DNA from: Candidatus Kapaibacterium sp.
GTDB lineage: Bacteria; Bacteroidota; Ignavibacteria; Kapaibacteriales; NICIL-2
DNA: 64,000 bases
Assembly: GCA_026003475.1 (NCBI GenBank)
Contig: BPHJ01000001.1
Span: 256,545 to 320,544, forward strand
Direction of reading: 5' to 3'
The position numbers and the translations under genes were made by a program. The notes under the pieces are model-generated. The model was not told where the DNA came from and did no database searches. It worked only from the letters and a program-made list of their open reading frames with translations. Shown one piece after another: positions 46,987 through 58,214 of the stretch (position 1 is the first letter of the stretch; each line of letters opens with the position of its first letter).

Positions 46987-47119
46987 CACCAGGCAGAAAA
47001 TAGTGACGGCGTATTTTCGTGGCGTGCATACCTGATGCCGCTCCACGGTTGCAACAGGCAGCCTGACACTGCGGCAGCGTGGACTTCTGGACAACTGCTT
47101 CACCCTTTCTCGGACTCCT

Positions 47120-47788
47120 TTGGTGAACCAACAGCGCAGCGCTGTGGCAGCGATCCTTCGCAAGGAAATCCTCCTGCTTTTACGCAGCCGTGAAGCAGTC
47201 GCGGCTGAGCTGTACTTTCTTGTTGGTGCTGCACTGGTACTGACGTTTGCATTTCCGCAGCAGTTCGACGCTACGATTCAAGCAGGGGCGATCTGGGTTG
47301 TGTTCTATTTTGCTGCAATGCTAACGGTCGCGCGGTCGTACGTGATCGAACAGGAGCGGGGAACGCTTCGCTACCTGATGCACGTTGCACCGGGGGATGC
47401 AGTGTACTGGGGAAAATTACTTGCTGGTGTACTGTGGCTGGTCATTGTCGGGCTCATCGAGTATGCAGTATTGATGCTGGTTGGGTTGGTACCGTTTCGG
47501 TTGGGTGTTGCCGTTGTGCTTGTCGCTGGGTGTATCGCGATTGGCGGGGCGACGTCGTTGCTTGCTGCAATTGTTGCAGCGGCACAGCTCCGTGGATGGG
47601 TGTTCGCAGCAATTGCATTCCCCGTTGTGATGCCCGTGTTTTTTGTCGGGGTTGATGCAACTGCAACGGTCCTTGCTGGGAGCACCGCCACTGCAGCAGC
47701 GTCGGAAGTTGCTGTGATGCTGCTCTACGTTACAATTGTTGCGATTGTTGCCTGGTGGCTCTTCCCGTTCATTTGGAGTGAGGCGTAG
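47120..47788 (+). CDS. Polytopic membrane protein, possibly CcmB/heme-exporter-B-like ABC-2 permease
   Basis: Six predicted TM segments. FPQQFDATIQAGAIWVVFYFAAMLTVARSYVIEQERGTLRYLM loosely resembles the CcmB FxxDxxxGSLE region. No ccmA or ccmC is adjacent. Confidence 0.3.
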   Translation: MVNQQRSAVAAILRKEILLLLRSREAVAAELYFLVGAALVLTFAFPQQFDATIQAGAIWVVFYFAAMLTVARSYVIEQERGTLRYLMHVAPGDAVYWGKLLAGVLWLVIVGLIEYAVLMLVGLVPFRLGVAVVLVAGCIAIGGATSLLAAIVAAAQLRGWVFAAIAFPVVMPVFFVGVDATATVLAGSTATAAASEVAVMLLYVTIVAIVAWWLFPFIWSEA

Positions 47789-49137
47789 TGGAACTGCAAC
47801 GGCGGCTCGGATTGCTCCAGGCGACAGCACTCAACACCATTGATATGGTCGGCATTGGTCCGTTCATCGTTATGTCGTCGGTAATGGCAGCGATGCAGGG
47901 GCCGCACTGTGTGTTAGCGTGGGTGGTGGGAGCGATTCTGGCGGCAACCGATGCGATGGTTTGGGCAGAACTCGGCACCGCATTCCCCGAAGCCGGCGGA
48001 AGCTATGCGTTCTTGCGGCACCTGTATGGCGAGCCACGGTGGGGACGCGTGATGGCGTTCTTGTTCATCTGGCAGACGGTGTTCCAATCTTCGTTCGTCG
48101 TTGCATCGGGGGCGATTGGTTTCACGAACTACGTGCAGTATCTGGTTCCCCTTGCCTCGGGCTGGGAACGAAAAGCTGTAGCTGTTGGAGTTATTGTGCT
48201 CATCGTTGCTGCCCTCTATCGGCGTATCGAGACAATTGGTCGCATCTCGGTTGTGCTTGGGGGCATCGTTATCGGTACGTTGCTCTGGATTATCGCTGCA
48301 GGCGTTGTTGGTGGTGATTGGTTGCTCATCACCAACGCTCCGAGTTCCCTGTGGCGATTTGATGGTCTCCACGAAGCGATCCAAAGCAGCGTGTATGCAA
48401 TTCTGGGGTATTACAACGTGTGCCATCTGGGTGCCGAAGTCCGCCAGCCGGAGCGTGTGATCCCGCGCAGTATGTTCTACTCGATTGCCATAGTCGCTAC
48501 GCTGTATGTGTGCATGCAACTGTCGGTACTGAGCGTTGTTCCCTGGCAGGAAGCGCGTCCCGATCAATTCATTGCGAGCACTGTGGTCGAGCGAGTCTTC
48601 GGCAGTGGTGCTGCAGTGGTTGCTACCGTCCTGGTGTTGGTTGTAGCGCTTAGCTCGCTCTACTCGGTTGTGCTCGGATACTCGAGGATTCCCTATGCCG
48701 CAGCACGCGATGGTAATTTCTTTCGCATTTTCGCTCGGCTGCATCCGACAAAGAATTTTCCCCACTTGTCGTTGCTGGCTATCGGTGGCATTTCGATTGT
48801 GATCGCAGTTGTGTTCGACGGGCTGCGCCTTGTTGTTGCCAGTATTCTCACTCTGCGGATTTTGGTGCAGTTTGTCGGGCAAGCGGTGGGGTTGCTTTAC
48901 TACCATCGGAAGCACCCAAGGGCGGCGTTTCCCTTTCGCATGTGGTTCTATCCACTACCAGCGTTGATCGCGATCGCCCTGTGGCTATGGCTGTTTGTGT
49001 CGCGACCGGCGGCTGCAGTTGTCAATGGGTTGGGTGTACTGGCAATTGGGTGCATCGTGTACCTGCTGCTTGCGCGGCGAAACCAGTGGTTCCCTTTTGC
49101 TCAAATGTCCCACATCGCCCCCCGGAACCAGCAGTGA
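47788..49137 (+). CDS. APC-family amino acid/polyamine permease
   Basis: 12-TM layout. N-terminal LLQATALNTIDMVGIGPFIVMSS is typical of APC permeases. Confidence 0.75.
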   Translation: MELQRRLGLLQATALNTIDMVGIGPFIVMSSVMAAMQGPHCVLAWVVGAILAATDAMVWAELGTAFPEAGGSYAFLRHLYGEPRWGRVMAFLFIWQTVFQSSFVVASGAIGFTNYVQYLVPLASGWERKAVAVGVIVLIVAALYRRIETIGRISVVLGGIVIGTLLWIIAAGVVGGDWLLITNAPSSLWRFDGLHEAIQSSVYAILGYYNVCHLGAEVRQPERVIPRSMFYSIAIVATLYVCMQLSVLSVVPWQEARPDQFIASTVVERVFGSGAAVVATVLVLVVALSSLYSVVLGYSRIPYAAARDGNFFRIFARLHPTKNFPHLSLLAIGGISIVIAVVFDGLRLVVASILTLRILVQFVGQAVGLLYYHRKHPRAAFPFRMWFYPLPALIAIALWLWLFVSRPAAAVVNGLGVLAIGCIVYLLLARRNQWFPFAQMSHIAPRNQQ

Positions 49138-50459
49138 CGGTCATCAAAGTTGGCGGCTCGACACTCCGCACACCGATTGACTTCGAGCGATTAGCACAGC
49201 GAATTGGCACCGACCATGCATCACCGATGGTGGTCGTTGTGTCAGCGCTGCCCCAAGTGACGCGCCAGCTTGAGCAGGCTGCACTGCTCGCCGAGAATGG
49301 GCAACAAGAGCAAGCGCAGTCGCTCATTGCAACAGTTGTCACGCACCACCGCAACGTTGCCCGCCAAGTGCTCCACGATCGCCACGTCATCGAAGCCCTC
49401 GAGATGCTCTTCGATGAACTCTACCAGCAGCTTCTTCGCTTGGTGCGGGGCACTGCGTTGACCAGAGAGCTCACACCACGTACACGCGACCGCATCACAA
49501 GCTGTGGTGAGCGCATGGCACTGCACCTTATCCATCACGTCTTAGTCGAAGAGGGAGTAGAGGTCACCAGTGTTCCCGCAACGGGGGTGATCGTAACCGA
49601 TGCCACCTACGGTAATGCCGAACCGCTCTATGAGCAAACCGCTGAGCGTGTGCAACAGCGTATTCTGCCGATTCTCCAGCGTGGGTGTTCAGTGCTTACC
49701 GAAGGTTTTGTTGGCACTACCCGCGATGGGGATGTGACCACCATGGGGAAAGAAAGCTCCAACCTTACTGCTGCGCTGCTTGCGCGGGTTATCGGTGCGG
49801 AAAACTTGGTGCTCTACACTCCGGTTGCTGGAATCTACACTGCTGACCCACTCCTGGTCCCGACCGCACGACCGATCGCATGCCTTTCGTACCAGCACGC
49901 CGAACACCTTGCCCATGCTGGGTTGAAGCTGCTCTATCCCACGATGATTGCGCCGTTACGCGAGCAGAGCATCCAGCTTCGGATTGCGGCTCTCGATCCA
50001 TCGGAATCCCATGCCACCTGCATCGGAAACGATGGTGAAGAAGTGGAGATGTTTGTTCTGCTTGCAGAGCGGTTGTGCGGTGTCGAGCTGACGCGGAGCA
50101 GCTATCGAAGCGCCCTCGAACGGGGGTGGCATGCAAGTGGCATCATTGCCGAGCATGGGATGCGCGTCATTGCAGCAGCGACGGCAGTCGAGCTTGCTGC
50201 GTTGGAACATCTCGGTATTGCGGCTTACCAGCGTGGTGAATGCTGGCAAATCCGCGTCTGGGCCTATGCGTCGCGCCCAGCGGTGCATCGCCGCATTGCC
50301 GCGACACTATCGCAGCTACCCTCGCTGGCAGCGTTGACGGCAGCACACAGCGATGACATCAGTACAACGACCGCGCTTACTTGGTCGGCTGCGCTGCCGC
50401 CGCTGGTTGCATTGCACGAACAGATCGCAGAGGATTTTCCCCATTTGCAAGGCGGTTAG
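49134..50459 (+). CDS. Aspartate kinase (amino-acid kinase family with C-terminal ACT-like region)
   Basis: GTG start overlaps the permease stop (GTGA). VTVIKVGGSTLRTP (KxGG motif), …SALPQVT…, …LTEGFVGTTRDGDVTTMGKESSNLTAALLA…. Confidence 0.65.
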   Translation: MTVIKVGGSTLRTPIDFERLAQRIGTDHASPMVVVVSALPQVTRQLEQAALLAENGQQEQAQSLIATVVTHHRNVARQVLHDRHVIEALEMLFDELYQQLLRLVRGTALTRELTPRTRDRITSCGERMALHLIHHVLVEEGVEVTSVPATGVIVTDATYGNAEPLYEQTAERVQQRILPILQRGCSVLTEGFVGTTRDGDVTTMGKESSNLTAALLARVIGAENLVLYTPVAGIYTADPLLVPTARPIACLSYQHAEHLAHAGLKLLYPTMIAPLREQSIQLRIAALDPSESHATCIGNDGEEVEMFVLLAERLCGVELTRSSYRSALERGWHASGIIAEHGMRVIAAATAVELAALEHLGIAAYQRGECWQIRVWAYASRPAVHRRIAATLSQLPSLAALTAAHSDDISTTTALTWSAALPPLVALHEQIAEDFPHLQGG

Positions 50460-51918
50460 CTTCCAGCCAGTGCGCAAGCGATAAGTATCCGATGCCGCCA
50501 AACCCAACAAAGAACATGAACTGGAAGGGAATTGCTGCCAGCTCGCCGAAGTAGAGCGACACAGCCATCCCGATCAAAAAGTACGCGCCGAGCGCAAGCT
50601 CAATAATGGCGGACATCCCCAAGCGTGTGCGAGCATATTTGCGCGTTCGCCAGTCGTCCTGCTGCGACAGGATGCGGTACTTCGGCGTCCGTGTGAACTC
50701 CGACCGTTTTCCCAGAAGCGCTTCGAGAACGGCTTTAGTGTTGTTGATGGCAAGCCCCATACTTCCTGCCATGAACAGCGGGAAGAGCAAGATCCGCTGC
50801 TGCCAGTCTTCGTGGATGCTTCGCTGGGAATAGAGGTAGAACAAAAACGTGCTCACCGATGCCAGCACGAAAATGGACATGAGTGTAAAGAGCTCCTGGT
50901 AGTCGCCCGTCAGATTTTTAATGAGCACCATCGGCAGGTTCAGCAGCGCAACAAGCACGATGAAGGGAAAGACAATGTTGCTGGTCAGATGCACCGTGCA
51001 TTCGAGTTTTGTAGCAAGCGGAAGCTTAGCACGCCACACCGCCGGAAGCAATTTCTTGGCAACTTCGATCGCACCTTTGGTCCAGCGAAATTGCTGCGAC
51101 TTGAGCGCATTGATGTCAGCGGGGAGTTCTGCTGGCGAGGTGACGTCGTTGACAAACACGAACCGCCATCCGCGAAGTTGGGCGCGGTAGCTTAGGTCCA
51201 AATCTTCGGCAAGGGTGTCCGAGTGCCAGTTGCCTGCGTCCTCGATGCACGTCCGACGCCAGATGCCGGCAGTACCATTGAAGTTGATGAAGAAGCCGGC
51301 TCGATTGCGCACCTGCTGCTCGACGACGAAGTGGCCATCGAGCGCCAATGCTTGGGCTCGGGTAAGGAAGGAATATTCTTCGTTGAGGTGCTCCCATCGC
51401 GACTGGACCATCCCGACGCGCGGATCGGCAAAGTATGGCAGCAATGCCCGTAAGAACTCTGGCCTGGGGATGAAGTCCGCATCGAAGATGGCGATGAATT
51501 CGCCCCGTGCATGGGCCAGACCGTGCCGCAATGCTCCCGCCTTATAGCCCTGGCGGTCGGTGCGGTGAATGTAGTGAATGTCGTAGCCCAAGGTGCGGTA
51601 GTACTCGACGCGCTCGCGGGCGACGGTCTGAGTCTCGTCGGTTGAATCATCGAGCACTTGAATCTCGAGTTTATCCTTCGGGTAGTCCATCCGCACGACA
51701 GCGTCAATAAGCCGCTCGACGACGTACACCTCGTTGTAGATGGGGAGCTGGACGGTGACCACCGGCAGCGGATCGAGTGTTGCTGTCGGTGGTTGATGGG
51801 AGGTATTCTGGGTGCGATGGTATAGGTACACCATCACCAGACTATGCACGCCAAAGGCAAACAGAACCACCAGCGCTCCAACATAGAGCGCAACGATTAC
51901 ATCGGGAAAGGATAACAT
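50377..51918 (-). CDS. Family-2 processive beta-glycosyltransferase (cellulose/hyaluronan-synthase-like) with C-terminal TM domain
   Basis: DDSTDET, FDADF, and Q(Q)xRW as QQFRWTKGAIE. N- and C-terminal TM helices. Confidence 0.8.
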   Translation of the reverse strand: MLSFPDVIVALYVGALVVLFAFGVHSLVMVYLYHRTQNTSHQPPTATLDPLPVVTVQLPIYNEVYVVERLIDAVVRMDYPKDKLEIQVLDDSTDETQTVARERVEYYRTLGYDIHYIHRTDRQGYKAGALRHGLAHARGEFIAIFDADFIPRPEFLRALLPYFADPRVGMVQSRWEHLNEEYSFLTRAQALALDGHFVVEQQVRNRAGFFINFNGTAGIWRRTCIEDAGNWHSDTLAEDLDLSYRAQLRGWRFVFVNDVTSPAELPADINALKSQQFRWTKGAIEVAKKLLPAVWRAKLPLATKLECTVHLTSNIVFPFIVLVALLNLPMVLIKNLTGDYQELFTLMSIFVLASVSTFLFYLYSQRSIHEDWQQRILLFPLFMAGSMGLAINNTKAVLEALLGKRSEFTRTPKYRILSQQDDWRTRKYARTRLGMSAIIELALGAYFLIGMAVSLYFGELAAIPFQFMFFVGFGGIGYLSLAHWLEANRLANGENPLRSVRAMQPAAAAQPTK

Positions 51919-51936
51919 TGCACATGGCTCAAGAGG

Positions 51937-52464
51937 TTACCAATCGCTGATGACCGCCAGCAGAACATCGCCGGCGATCTGTTCGAGTGCAGTGCGGATT
52001 GCCTGGTCCCGTGCGGTTGCTGCTTGGGCGATGGGGAAAAATTGCTCGCTGGTGAATGTCCGTCGGAAAATGGTTCGCTGCTTGACCGCATCGAAGTATT
52101 CCACGTCGAGAGCAACGCGGATTTTGCGTTCTCGCTCAACTTCGCCGGCACGCAGGGTGACTGGCTCTTCGGTGATCGTTGTGATTGCCGCGCGCAGTTC
52201 TGCATCGCCGTTGCGATCAACCAACTGCAGCGTATTGTCGTTCCGGAACCGTTCCACCAGGAACTGCGTGGCAACTTCTCGCCACACGGGCTGCCCAAAG
52301 CTGCTCCGATCCGCAACCGTGGCAATGGCGATCGTTTTCAGGTGCGGGGGAACGCTTCCCCCAGTGAATGAATAGCACCCAACAAAAACGGCCACCACAC
52401 TCAGCAGCAAACTTAGGGCGATAATCCTAAGCGGGCAGTGACCAAAAAATGACAGTTTATTCAT
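51937..52464 (-). CDS. Lipoprotein, possibly LptE-like
   Basis: Lipobox …AVFVGCYSFTG. 175 aa. Weak resemblance to LptE (LPS-assembly lipoprotein). Confidence 0.35.
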   Translation of the reverse strand: MNKLSFFGHCPLRIIALSLLLSVVAVFVGCYSFTGGSVPPHLKTIAIATVADRSSFGQPVWREVATQFLVERFRNDNTLQLVDRNGDAELRAAITTITEEPVTLRAGEVERERKIRVALDVEYFDAVKQRTIFRRTFTSEQFFPIAQAATARDQAIRTALEQIAGDVLLAVISDW

Positions 52465-53129
52465 TGTCTTTCCCAGCGGTTGCCGTACAGATCACTTGGC
52501 TGTAGAAATGGATTGGTCCGGCGTTCCTGTCCGATGGTTGTCGGCTCCATGTGCCCCGGATAGCAGATGTAATCATCCGGTAGGGAGAGCAATTCGCGGT
52601 GGATGGATGCCAGCAGTTGCTCATAGTCGCCGCCGGGAAGATCGGTCCGTCCGATGCTGCCAGCAAAGAGCGTATCACCGCAGAAGACAACACGTGCGGC
52701 ATGCTCGACGAAGACGACGCTGCCTTCGGTGTGCCCGGGGACGTGTCGCACTTGGAACGAGAGCGATCCAACGGTGAGCTGCTGGCCATGGTGCAAGTAG
52801 CCGCCGATTTCGACTGCTTCGAGTGGCAGTGGCAGCGGAATAACTGTTTGGGCGTTGGGATCCCGAAGGCGATAGGCATCGAGCGGGTGAACAAGTACCG
52901 GTATGGCGTATTGCTCGGCGATTGCAGCGGCGTCGGCCGTGTGGTCCCAGTGAGAATGCGTCAGCCATAGCGCCAGCGGTGTCAGACCCAATGCAGCAAT
53001 GCGCTCAGCGTACCACCAGTGCGACTCCATCGGTGCATCTATCAGCACAGCCATGCGTGTTGCTTGGTCGGCGACAAGGTAGGCATTCGTTGCAACAGGT
53101 CCAGCGGCAATTGCTTCAAGCACAAGCAT
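52461..53129 (-). CDS. MBL-fold metallo-hydrolase (glyoxalase-II-like)
   Basis: THSHWDHT (HxHxDH) plus downstream His/Asp ligands. 222 aa. Confidence 0.8.
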   Translation of the reverse strand: MLVLEAIAAGPVATNAYLVADQATRMAVLIDAPMESHWWYAERIAALGLTPLALWLTHSHWDHTADAAAIAEQYAIPVLVHPLDAYRLRDPNAQTVIPLPLPLEAVEIGGYLHHGQQLTVGSLSFQVRHVPGHTEGSVVFVEHAARVVFCGDTLFAGSIGRTDLPGGDYEQLLASIHRELLSLPDDYICYPGHMEPTTIGQERRTNPFLQPSDLYGNRWERQ

Positions 53130-53132
53130 CGG

Positions 53133-55397
53133 TTAGGCAATGGCATAATGAGTGAGACTGTCTTTGCGGTCGAGAACGTAGCGGCGGAGCAGCGAATGTT
53201 CGGAGGCGCGCAAGTGCGGATCGCGATTGATGAGCGAAAATGCCTCCGCACGCGCGGTAGCAATTGTTGTCGTATCATGCACCAAATCCAAGTAGCGGAA
53301 ATCGGGCATGCCCGATTGGCGGGTGCCGAGCATATCGCCTGGTCCGCGCAGACGCATATCAACCTCTGCGATGAGAAAGCCATCGGTCGTTTCTGCCATT
53401 GTGCGGAGCCTGGTGACTGCTGGTGGTTCGTCCTCTTGCGCTGGCATTCGGGCGCGGTGTGCCAGGAATGGCTCGGTGATCAGCAGGCAGGTGGCCGGAG
53501 CAGTGCCGCGCCCAACCCGTCCCCGGAGCTGGTGTAATTGTGCCAGTCCGAACCGTTCGGCGTGGTTGATAAGCATCACGGTTGCGTTCGGCACGTCAAT
53601 GCCTACCTCGATGACGGTTGTTGCAACCAGGATGTCGAAGTCCCCAGCAGCAAAACGCTGCATGATCTCTTCCTTGGTGCTCCAACTCATCTGACCGTGC
53701 AGAAGTCCCACGCGAACATCGGGGAAATGCTCGTTGGCGATGGACTCGAACTCGGTGGTTGCTGCTTTGAGCTGCATGCTTTCGGACTCTTCGACCAGCG
53801 GATAGACGATGAATGCCTGGTGTCCAGCCCGAATCTGCGAACGGATTACCTGGTATGCTGCTGGCAGTTGGTCGGTGCTAAGAACCTTGGTTGTTACGGG
53901 CTGGCGTCCTGGCGGCATTTGATCCAACAGGGAAACATCCAGATCGCCGTAGAGCGTCATGGTCAAGGTGCGTGGAATAGGGGTGGCGCTCATGACCAGC
54001 AGGTGTGGCGCCAGTCGCTCCGGGTGCGATGCCATCGCAAGGTCGCGCAGGGCTGCACGCTGCAGGACACCGAAGCGGTGCTGCTCGTCAATAACCACTA
54101 ACCCGACGCGGTGGTACGTATGCGATGGGCGTGCTGATGACTCTGCAAACAGTGCATGCGTGCCGACGACAATCTGAGCATGTCCGGTGGCAATGTCTGT
54201 TGCCATGGTCTCGCGCTGGCGTGCGCTCTGGCTACCGACCAGCTTGGCCACGCGAACATCGAGCGGTGCACAGAGCCGGCAAATGGTGCGGTAGTGCTGT
54301 TCAGCAAGAACCTCGGTCGGTGCTGCAAGCAGCGCTTGATAGCCAGCATCCACGGCCGTCAGCATTGCTGCCAGTGCGACCAGTGTTTTACCGGCGCCAA
54401 CATCACCTTGCAGCAGACGGTGCATGGGTTCACTACGAGCCAGATCCTGCTGGATTTCGGCGATGACAAATTCTTGCGCGCTGGTCAGAGCAAAGGGCAA
54501 GGATTGGCGGAGCTGCTCCCATCGCGGGCTCGGCGAGGGCAGACGTGGTGCGGCGCCGCGAAGCTGGTCCTGACGCTGGAGTGCCAACAGGAGCTCGAAC
54601 AGAAAGATTTCCTCGAACTTCATCCGCTCGAGTGCTCGTTCGATGGCGTGGTGGTCCGGTGGGAAGTGCAAGTGCTCGAGTGCATCCCCTTTCGAGAGCA
54701 AGCGATGCCGCTCCAAGAGTGCTGGTGGTAGCAGATCGGGGATATTCCCTTTGACTTGATCGAGAGCGGTGCGTACCAAGCGGCGGATCAGTGCAGCAGT
54801 AATTCCCCGCGAACGCATGGCTTCGGTCAGGGGGTACACCGGCAATATCCCGTGTTCAAGCATGGCCTGCTCTTCTTCCTCGATGCGTTCGAGCTGCGGA
54901 TGGGTAAACGTGATGCGACCGTACCGATCCAGCGCGGGAACGCCTGTGACGATGTACTGCGCACCTTCGACCAGCACGCGCGTGTAGTACTGGTGGGCAT
55001 TCCAGAACAGCAGCGCGCCCTTCATCTGGTCAGCATCGGCGATAATTGCCTCCAGCAGGACGCGATTGTTGCGGAACTGCCGCAGACGAATCTGTTCGAC
55101 GGTAGCAAGGATGCTCACCTCCTGCCGCAGGACGCTGACCGATTCCCGGTCGGAAGAAAAAATGTCGGGCATCTGCAGTCGGCGAGCAATGCCGCGCAGC
55201 GAGCGGTGCGCTGACCGTTCGATATAGGCACGCGGGGTGTAGCCGAGTAAATCTTCCACAGTCTGTATGCCCACCGAAGCAAAAGCTTCTGCACGCCGAG
55301 GACCGACGCCCTTGAGATACTGCACTGGCGTCGAAAGTACCGAACCAGACTCAGCCATGGTGCTTGCTCGACTGTTCGCACTCAGATGGCACAACAA
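53133..55397 (-). CDS. recG: ATP-dependent DNA helicase RecG
   Basis: N-terminal wedge domain. [16 protein letters not shown] (Walker A), [11 protein letters not shown] (DEQH box), helicase C motifs. 754 aa. Confidence 0.9.
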   Translation of the reverse strand: MLCHLSANSRASTMAESGSVLSTPVQYLKGVGPRRAEAFASVGIQTVEDLLGYTPRAYIERSAHRSLRGIARRLQMPDIFSSDRESVSVLRQEVSILATVEQIRLRQFRNNRVLLEAIIADADQMKGALLFWNAHQYYTRVLVEGAQYIVTGVPALDRYGRITFTHPQLERIEEEEQAMLEHGILPVYPLTEAMRSRGITAALIRRLVRTALDQVKGNIPDLLPPALLERHRLLSKGDALEHLHFPPDHHAIERALERMKFEEIFLFELLLALQRQDQLRGAAPRLPSPSPRWEQLRQSLPFALTSAQEFVIAEIQQDLARSEPMHRLLQGDVGAGKTLVALAAMLTAVDAGYQALLAAPTEVLAEQHYRTICRLCAPLDVRVAKLVGSQSARQRETMATDIATGHAQIVVGTHALFAESSARPSHTYHRVGLVVIDEQHRFGVLQRAALRDLAMASHPERLAPHLLVMSATPIPRTLTMTLYGDLDVSLLDQMPPGRQPVTTKVLSTDQLPAAYQVIRSQIRAGHQAFIVYPLVEESESMQLKAATTEFESIANEHFPDVRVGLLHGQMSWSTKEEIMQRFAAGDFDILVATTVIEVGIDVPNATVMLINHAERFGLAQLHQLRGRVGRGTAPATCLLITEPFLAHRARMPAQEDEPPAVTRLRTMAETTDGFLIAEVDMRLRGPGDMLGTRQSGMPDFRYLDLVHDTTTIATARAEAFSLINRDPHLRASEHSLLRRYVLDRKDSLTHYAIA

Positions 55398-55435
55398 TCG
55401 TCATAGCGCCTTCGTTCGACGTTCTCCATACCCGT

Positions 55436-57277
55436 ATGCAGCAACGCATAGACATCCGCAACATTGCCATCATTGCCCATGTTGACCACGGCAAGACCAC
55501 GCTCGTGGACCAAATTCTGCGGCAAGCCGGAATCTTCCGCGACGGGCAAGTGCTTGCCGACCGCATGCTCGATTCCAACGCGATCGAGCGTGAAAAAGGG
55601 ATTACCATCATGGCGAAAAATACCGCAGTGCGCTGGAAAGGCGTCACGATCAACATCGTGGACACACCCGGACACGCCGACTTTGGCGGCGAGGTCGAAC
55701 GCGCACTTTCGATGGCTGATGGGGTCTTGGTGCTCGTTGATGCTGCCGAGGGACCACTACCCCAAACAAAATTTGTCGTGCGGAAAGCCATTGAGCGCGC
55801 GCTGCCAGCCATTGTGGTCATCAACAAAATTGACCGCAGCGATGCCCGCCCGCAACAGGTGCTCGACGAAGTCTATGAGCTGTTTTTAGCGCTCGGCGCA
55901 GGACTGGAAGCGCTCGATATGCCGGTGCTCTATGCCGTCGGTCGGGATGGTATCGCATCGCGTTCGCTCGATGAACCGGGCACGAACCTTGTGCCACTTT
56001 TCGATGCAATTATTGAACATATCCCAGCACCAGCCTATGAGCCCGATGCACCGTTCCAAATGATTGTTGCAGCGCTCGACTGGAACGACTACGTCGGCCG
56101 TCTTGCAATCGGTCGCATCCATCGTGGACGCGTGCGGCTTGGCGATGAAGCAGTGCTTCTTGCTACCGACGGTAGTAGCCAATCGCTCCGCATTACGAAA
56201 CTATTTGCCTTCCAGGGTCTCGACCGCGTCGAGATCGAGTATGCTGAATCGGGCGACATTATCTGCCTTGCTGGTATCGAGCAGGTTCGCATCGGCGATA
56301 CGATTGCCTCGCCACTCCAACCGGAGCGTCTGCCTCCAGTGGTGGTCGAAGAACCCACCGTTGCTATGCAATTCATGGTCAATACCTCGCCGCTGGCAGG
56401 CAAGGAAGGAAAGTTCGTGACTACTCCCAAACTGCGCGATCGTCTCTGGCGTGAGCTCCGGACAAACGTCTCGCTCCGCATCGAAGAAACCGATCAACCC
56501 GATGTGTTCCGCGTGCTCGGGCGTGGCGAGCTCCAAATGGCGGTGTTGATCGAGACGATGCGCCGCGAGGGCTACGAGCTTGCGGTTTCCCAGCCCGAAA
56601 TTCTGTTCCATCGCGATGCCGAGGGGCGGCTGCTGGAGCCCATCGAGCATGTCGTCATTGATGTCCCCGCCGAGTTCAGTGGCAATGTCATCGAGTCGCT
56701 TGGTCGCCGCCGTGGGGAGATGCTTTCTATGCTTCCAGTTGGAACGACAGTACGAATCGAATTCAGTGTGCCTGCGCGTGGCTTGCTCGGTTTTCGGACA
56801 GAGTTCATGACACTCACGCGTGGAGAAGGAATTCTGCACCACACCTTTGCTGGCTACGAACCGTACCGTGGCGATGTTGCTCGACGCACACGTGGCAGCT
56901 TGGTCGCGCTCGAAGATGGCATTGCTACTGCGTATGCGCTCGAAAGCATTCAGGAACGCGGCGTGCTCTTCATTGCTCCCGGCGAGCGGGTCTATGAAGG
57001 AATGGTTATCGGGGAGCATGCACGCGAAAACGACCTGGTGGTCAATCCTTGCAAGACAAAGCATCTAACGAACATGCGCTCGAGCGGTTCGGATGGATTG
57101 GTGCGGCTTGCGCCTCCACGCGTGATGACACTCGAACAGTACCTGGAGTTCTTGAACGACGATGAATTGCTCGAGGTTACTCCCTTGTCGCTGCGCATTC
57201 GCAAACGAATCCTGAACACCAATGAACGCCAACGTCACGAGAAGCGGTCGCGCGCTGTTGCTGAGAACGTGGCGTAA
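55436..57277 (+). CDS. typA: Translational GTPase TypA/BipA
   Basis: [38 protein letters not shown]. Confidence 0.9.
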   Translation: MQQRIDIRNIAIIAHVDHGKTTLVDQILRQAGIFRDGQVLADRMLDSNAIEREKGITIMAKNTAVRWKGVTINIVDTPGHADFGGEVERALSMADGVLVLVDAAEGPLPQTKFVVRKAIERALPAIVVINKIDRSDARPQQVLDEVYELFLALGAGLEALDMPVLYAVGRDGIASRSLDEPGTNLVPLFDAIIEHIPAPAYEPDAPFQMIVAALDWNDYVGRLAIGRIHRGRVRLGDEAVLLATDGSSQSLRITKLFAFQGLDRVEIEYAESGDIICLAGIEQVRIGDTIASPLQPERLPPVVVEEPTVAMQFMVNTSPLAGKEGKFVTTPKLRDRLWRELRTNVSLRIEETDQPDVFRVLGRGELQMAVLIETMRREGYELAVSQPEILFHRDAEGRLLEPIEHVVIDVPAEFSGNVIESLGRRRGEMLSMLPVGTTVRIEFSVPARGLLGFRTEFMTLTRGEGILHHTFAGYEPYRGDVARRTRGSLVALEDGIATAYALESIQERGVLFIAPGERVYEGMVIGEHARENDLVVNPCKTKHLTNMRSSGSDGLVRLAPPRVMTLEQYLEFLNDDELLEVTPLSLRIRKRILNTNERQRHEKRSRAVAENVA

Positions 57278-57311
57278 ATTGCCGGTGAATGTACACATCC
57301 TGGATTGACCT

Positions 57312-58214
57312 ATGCGGATAGTTCTTGCTGCTGCTGTTGCGGTGGTTGCGCTCGCAGCCCAGCCAAAAGGAAGAACGCAATCACCGGTTGTCGCCAAGCA
57401 GACTTTTCACTACCGTCTGCAGCCGCGTGCTCATGCCCTCTACACCTACAGCAATGCGGTCAACCTTGCACAGACCATCCACGTAATGGGCATGGAGCAA
57501 GCGATTACCTCCAGCGTTACCTTCGAACAGGATATTCGCACCGAACGCCTTGATACGCTGGTTGAGCTTGCCATTGGTCAGCGGAATGTGCGCATCGAGC
57601 TCAAAGGGCTGGAGCAGCTTGGGCGCAGCGATTCGGTCATTACTTTTCCAGAGCTGGAAGACTATCAATTGCGCATGCGTTGTGCACGCAGTGGGAAGCT
57701 GATCAGTCAAGAGTTTGTCCCACTCGATAGCGGCGCTGGATCGGCGGCCCAGTCCATTCGGCGACAAGTTATCGAACAGTTCACCAGTGGTGGTGTTCGC
57801 ATGCGGTTTATTGTGGAGTTCCCCGATAAGCCGCTCACACCAGGGACGCAGTGGACACAAACACTGACCGATACTGTACAAATGCCATTGGGCTCGCAGC
57901 AGGTGGTCACGACGATGGACTTGAGCTACACCTTCGAAGGAATGCTTGACACGCTCGGCAAACGTTGTGCAGTGGTGCGCGTCGAATCCACGCGGTATCT
58001 GATCAGCGGTACGGCAGAACAAATGGGAACAAGCGTCAGCATCAGCGGTGATGGTGCGCTCACTGCGCGGTACCTTATCGAGGTGGAAAGCGGAATGCCG
58101 CTCCTGATCGAAACATCTGCGCAACTGGATCAACGCATGACGCTCTTCGACCAGGGCAACACGGTCATTCCCATCAGCATTGATGTTCGCGGACGAATGC
58201 AGCGACGGCTCTGA
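57312..58214 (+). CDS. Hypothetical secreted protein
   Basis: Signal peptide MRIVLAAAVAVVALAAQP. No recognisable motifs. Stop overlaps the start of the next gene. Confidence 0.4.
   Translation: MRIVLAAAVAVVALAAQPKGRTQSPVVAKQTFHYRLQPRAHALYTYSNAVNLAQTIHVMGMEQAITSSVTFEQDIRTERLDTLVELAIGQRNVRIELKGLEQLGRSDSVITFPELEDYQLRMRCARSGKLISQEFVPLDSGAGSAAQSIRRQVIEQFTSGGVRMRFIVEFPDKPLTPGTQWTQTLTDTVQMPLGSQQVVTTMDLSYTFEGMLDTLGKRCAVVRVESTRYLISGTAEQMGTSVSISGDGALTARYLIEVESGMPLLIETSAQLDQRMTLFDQGNTVIPISIDVRGRMQRRL

Noticed and set aside
47914-48915. 333-aa ORF antisense to APC permease
   Set aside because: The + strand encodes a clear 12-TM permease. The antisense is Arg/His-rich.
56201-57064. 287-aa ORF antisense to typA
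   Set aside because: TypA GTPase motifs are unambiguous on + strand.
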